50,980 nt of DNA from Candidatus Heimdallarchaeota archaeon. Lineage in GTDB: Archaea > Asgardarchaeota > Wukongarchaeia > Wukongarchaeales > JBHIFL01. Positions within the stretch are counted from its first letter, which is position 1. Each line of letters starts with the position of its first letter. The notes under the pieces were generated by a model, which worked only from the letters and a program-made list of their open reading frames with translations, did no database searches and was not told where the DNA came from. Below are positions 50,033 through 50,980 of the stretch, piece after piece. The translations under genes were made by a program, and so were the position numbers. The DNA lies in NCBI GenBank assembly GCA_046761065.1, contig JBHIFL010000022.1, positions 1 to 50,980 of the forward strand. Reading direction: 5' to 3'.

Positions 50033-50911
50033 ATGCTTCCAAAGAAAGTACTTATAGTAGGCCTTCTCAAAGCTGATTCTGGAAAAACTACCTTTTCTCG
50101 AGGCCTTATTTGTGCTTTGAAAGAACGGAATATTAATATCATTCCTTTCAAACCCGTATCTGGTCATAATTTCTATTTTCAGTTTGATACGCTACAGGAA
50201 AATGTGAGAAACCAGTGCCTATTTTCACACGACATCGACACACTAATCGCTTCTGCACAGACTCAACTACCTGTGGAGTTATTGAATCCTGTAGATCGAC
50301 TTCTTGTCCCACTCGATTTCGAAAAATACATCCAATTCCCAAGGCAATATTTCACTCATATCGAGAAGGTAGATACACTCCTGCTACAAAGAATGTCTTT
50401 TCTGCGTGACAGAAACCGACTCCAACTCGATAATGTTTACTTAATCAACAAACCTGCAACAGATAAAGTTCTCTGGACCCCTCAATTGATCGAAGAAATC
50501 CTCAAGGGGGCAGATCAGGTAATTGAAATGGAAGATCTTTATCAATTGGTCACATATCATGCAAAATATTTTGAAGAAATCACCACTACTGCTTTTAATG
50601 CAGTGGGAGAACGCGCAGAACTGATCTTAATCGAAAGCTTAAATGATGTCGCATGTCCAGCTCGCTGTGCGACAAGTGCAGACATTATAATAGCGGTTGT
50701 TCCTGGTTGGGCTCTCTTTTACTCACCTAAGGATTTCTTCCGAACTCTGAACCTGCAGCAGCAACTCAAAGGAGAACAGCGACCCATTCTGATGGAAGAC
50801 CTATGCCCTGTAATTGATCCAGTTTGGAAGATTCGTCTGAATTTTCGGACTCAACGAGAGAAGATAGGCCCTGAATTTGAACACATTGCTGAGTACATTG
50901 TTTCAAGGTAA
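50033..50911 (+). CDS. Archaeal P-loop ATPase (BioD/CobQ-like N-terminus)
   Basis: 'DSGKTT', 'PFKPVSGHN', 'NPVD', 'LIESLND'. Confidence 0.75.
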   Translation: MLPKKVLIVGLLKADSGKTTFSRGLICALKERNINIIPFKPVSGHNFYFQFDTLQENVRNQCLFSHDIDTLIASAQTQLPVELLNPVDRLLVPLDFEKYIQFPRQYFTHIEKVDTLLLQRMSFLRDRNRLQLDNVYLINKPATDKVLWTPQLIEEILKGADQVIEMEDLYQLVTYHAKYFEEITTTAFNAVGERAELILIESLNDVACPARCATSADIIIAVVPGWALFYSPKDFFRTLNLQQQLKGEQRPILMEDLCPVIDPVWKIRLNFRTQREKIGPEFEHIAEYIVSR

Positions 50912-50980
50912 TTGTTCTGTGAGACTTTAATAGCTTGTTGCCCTAAAAGTGGTCCCTCAAAAAGGCATCTTTACCTCTCT

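Overview
Archaeal genomic window: egsA, FBP aldolase/phosphatase, pantoate kinase/phosphopantothenate synthetase, ABCE1 and BHB-intron tRNAs identify the domain. Longin/roadblock-like motifs tentatively suggest an Asgard lineage. Housekeeping blocks (fbp-tpiA-egsA, udg, pok-pps, ABCE1, an Hsp20/CBS/regulator heat-shock cluster) alternate with accessory DNA: tandem MFS pumps, a complete 1.63-kb IS with TTAG target duplication, an ABC exporter, a Zn-dependent phospholipase C-like gene flanked by two paralogous Tat-signal Ig-like genes, and a decaying zone (~23-39 kb) of methyltransferases, toxin-antitoxin loci, pseudogenes and inverted partial duplications. The most striking items are absent from the ORF track. 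(1) A 216-nt tRNA-His gene folds into a 76-nt cloverleaf only after removing five introns, leaving 3-5-nt micro-exons; a two-intron tRNA-Asn lies next to it. (2) Right after tRNA-Asn is a ~4-kb recombinase-free arsR-merF-like-merA island bounded by inverted arrays of ~31-bp repeats. (3) At the right end of that island is a decayed eukaryote-style tandem C2H2 zinc-finger array. All calls come from reading motifs by eye; no database searches were run.
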